Shown here: piece by piece, positions 62,640-64,000 of the stretch
Position numbering within the stretch: position 1 is the first letter of the stretch
How the letters are laid out: each line of letters starts with the position of its first letter
Origin: Okamejei kenojei
Taxonomy: Eukaryota
Direction: 5' to 3'
NCBI GenBank assembly: GCA_035221665.1
Contig: CM069147.1
Location: 25,544,001-25,608,000, forward strand
DNA length: 64,000 bases
The notes under the pieces: generated by a model
Told to the model about the DNA's origin: nothing
Database searches by the model: none
The model's input: the letters and a program-made list of their open reading frames with translations, nothing else
Position numbers and translations under genes: made by a program

Positions 62640-63670
62640 AAGGTCAAGGTCATAAGGAATGGAGTAGAATTAAACCATTCGGTCCGTCAAGTATACTCCA
62701 CAATTCAATCATGGCTGAACTATCTCTCCCTACTAACCCCACTCTTCTGCCTTCCCCCCACAGCATCTGACACCTGTACTAATCACGAATCTATCTATCT
62801 CTGCCAATAAAATATCCACTGACGGCCTTCGCTAGCAAATTATTCCACAGATTCACCAATAATCTGTAGGTAATCTTAAGTAATTTTAAATGCTGCAGAA
62901 TTAGTAATGAGTTCGAAAAAAACCCATTATTTCAATTGGAAACCTGAAACTCTCAGACCAATAAAACACTGAGTGCCAGTTAGCAAGTCCAAGGCAGAGA
63001 AAACTTCAGAAGGATGATTTAACAGGCCTGGGGTTCCTTGAGAAGGGCAATCGCCAACTTGGACTCAACAGCGACACATCTAGTAGAGCTGCTGTTTCAC
63101 AGCACCAAAGATACAAGTTCAATTCTAAATTGGGCCCTGACAAATGTAGAGTTTGCACCCTCTCCCTGTAATCATGTGGGTTTTCTCCTGGTGCTCCAGG
63201 TTTCTCTCACACCCCAAAGACGTGTGGATTTTTGCAGCAGCAATCGAGACTCCATGATAGGTTATAAGGGATAGGAGAAGAATTAGGCCATTCAACCCAT
63301 CAATTCTACTTCGCCATTCAATCGTGGCTGATCTATCTATCCATCCTAACCCCACTCTCCTGCCTTCTCACCATAAGCTCTTGTACTAATGAAGAATCTA
63401 TCTATCTCTGCCTAAAAAAATATCAACTGACTGCCTCCACGGCCTTCTTTTAATTATTTAATTTTGAGGCTATGACCTCTAGTCCTAGACTCTCCCGCAA
63501 GTGGAAACATTCTCTCCACATGCACTCTATCCAAGCCTTTCACTATTCTGTATGTTTCAATTAGGTTCCCCATTCTTCTGAACTCCAGCGAATACACGCC
63601 CAGTGCCGACAAACGCTCAACATAGGTTGACCTACTCATTCCTGGGATCATTCTTGTAAACATCTTCTGT
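62640..63670 (-). mobile_element. CR1 3' fragments and SINE pieces
   Basis: FTRMIPGM..LIETYRIVKGLDRV..TRGHSLKIK, plus repeated CR1 3' UTR sequence. Confidence 0.7.
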
Positions 63671-63830
63671 ACTACTACCCTCTAATCACATGGAATCATG
63701 CTCTATATTTTAAGCGGCCATCGCAGTCATGGCACCAGCTGACCGCTGATCTCCCTCTCCTTTCTTTATCGGAAAGGCATTGTTTCACCACAAATCATCG
63801 TCACTCTCCTGTATCTGCGAGCACCTAGTT

Positions 63831-63985
63831 GCCTTCTCACCATACCTTCGCATTCAGCGATAATATTGTAATGTTTGCCCTTTCAAAACTTCCATTAACA
63901 CCACACAGGGTGCCTTCTCATCGTACCTTCGCATTCATCGATAGATATTATAATGTTTGCCCTTTCAAAACTTCCAGTAACACCA
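63831..63985. repeat. Tandem duplication, two copies of an approximately 81-bp unit
   Basis: gccttctca..taccttcgcattca.cgata..at..taatgtttgccctttcaaaacttcca.taacacca occurs twice. Confidence 0.85.
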
Positions 63986-64000
63986 TCTGCGTACTCCCGC

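Overview
Repeat-dense eukaryotic (vertebrate) genomic DNA. The repeat complement (CR1, L1, Penelope-like, Rex1/Babar, RTE, tRNA-SINEs, Tc1/mariner, Helitron-like, Gypsy and ERV relics) suggests a cartilaginous fish, probably a skate or ray; this is an inference. The only clear host gene is a six-exon, + strand immunoglobulin-superfamily receptor: leader 20562-20617, germline-joined VJ-type V domain 20779-21099, C1-set domain 22903-23208, transmembrane exon 27108-27206 with an N-x-x-R motif, a short cytoplasmic exon from 32762, and an ITIM-bearing terminal exon 39526-39732. Its leader has one extra G in a G5 run. A frameshifted paralogous C1 exon at 5115-5419 points to a tandem SIRP/NKp30-like receptor cluster undergoing birth and death. 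Features not shown by the ORF track include a decayed gamma/epsilon-type retroviral env split by a young CR1, minimal hammerhead ribozyme motifs on Penelope-derived repeats (one with an intact core), two Helitron-like elements (one carrying a coding fragment), and tandem duplications at the 5' junction of all three copies of one young CR1 subfamily. Boundaries of old repeats are approximate; exon boundaries were read base by base.
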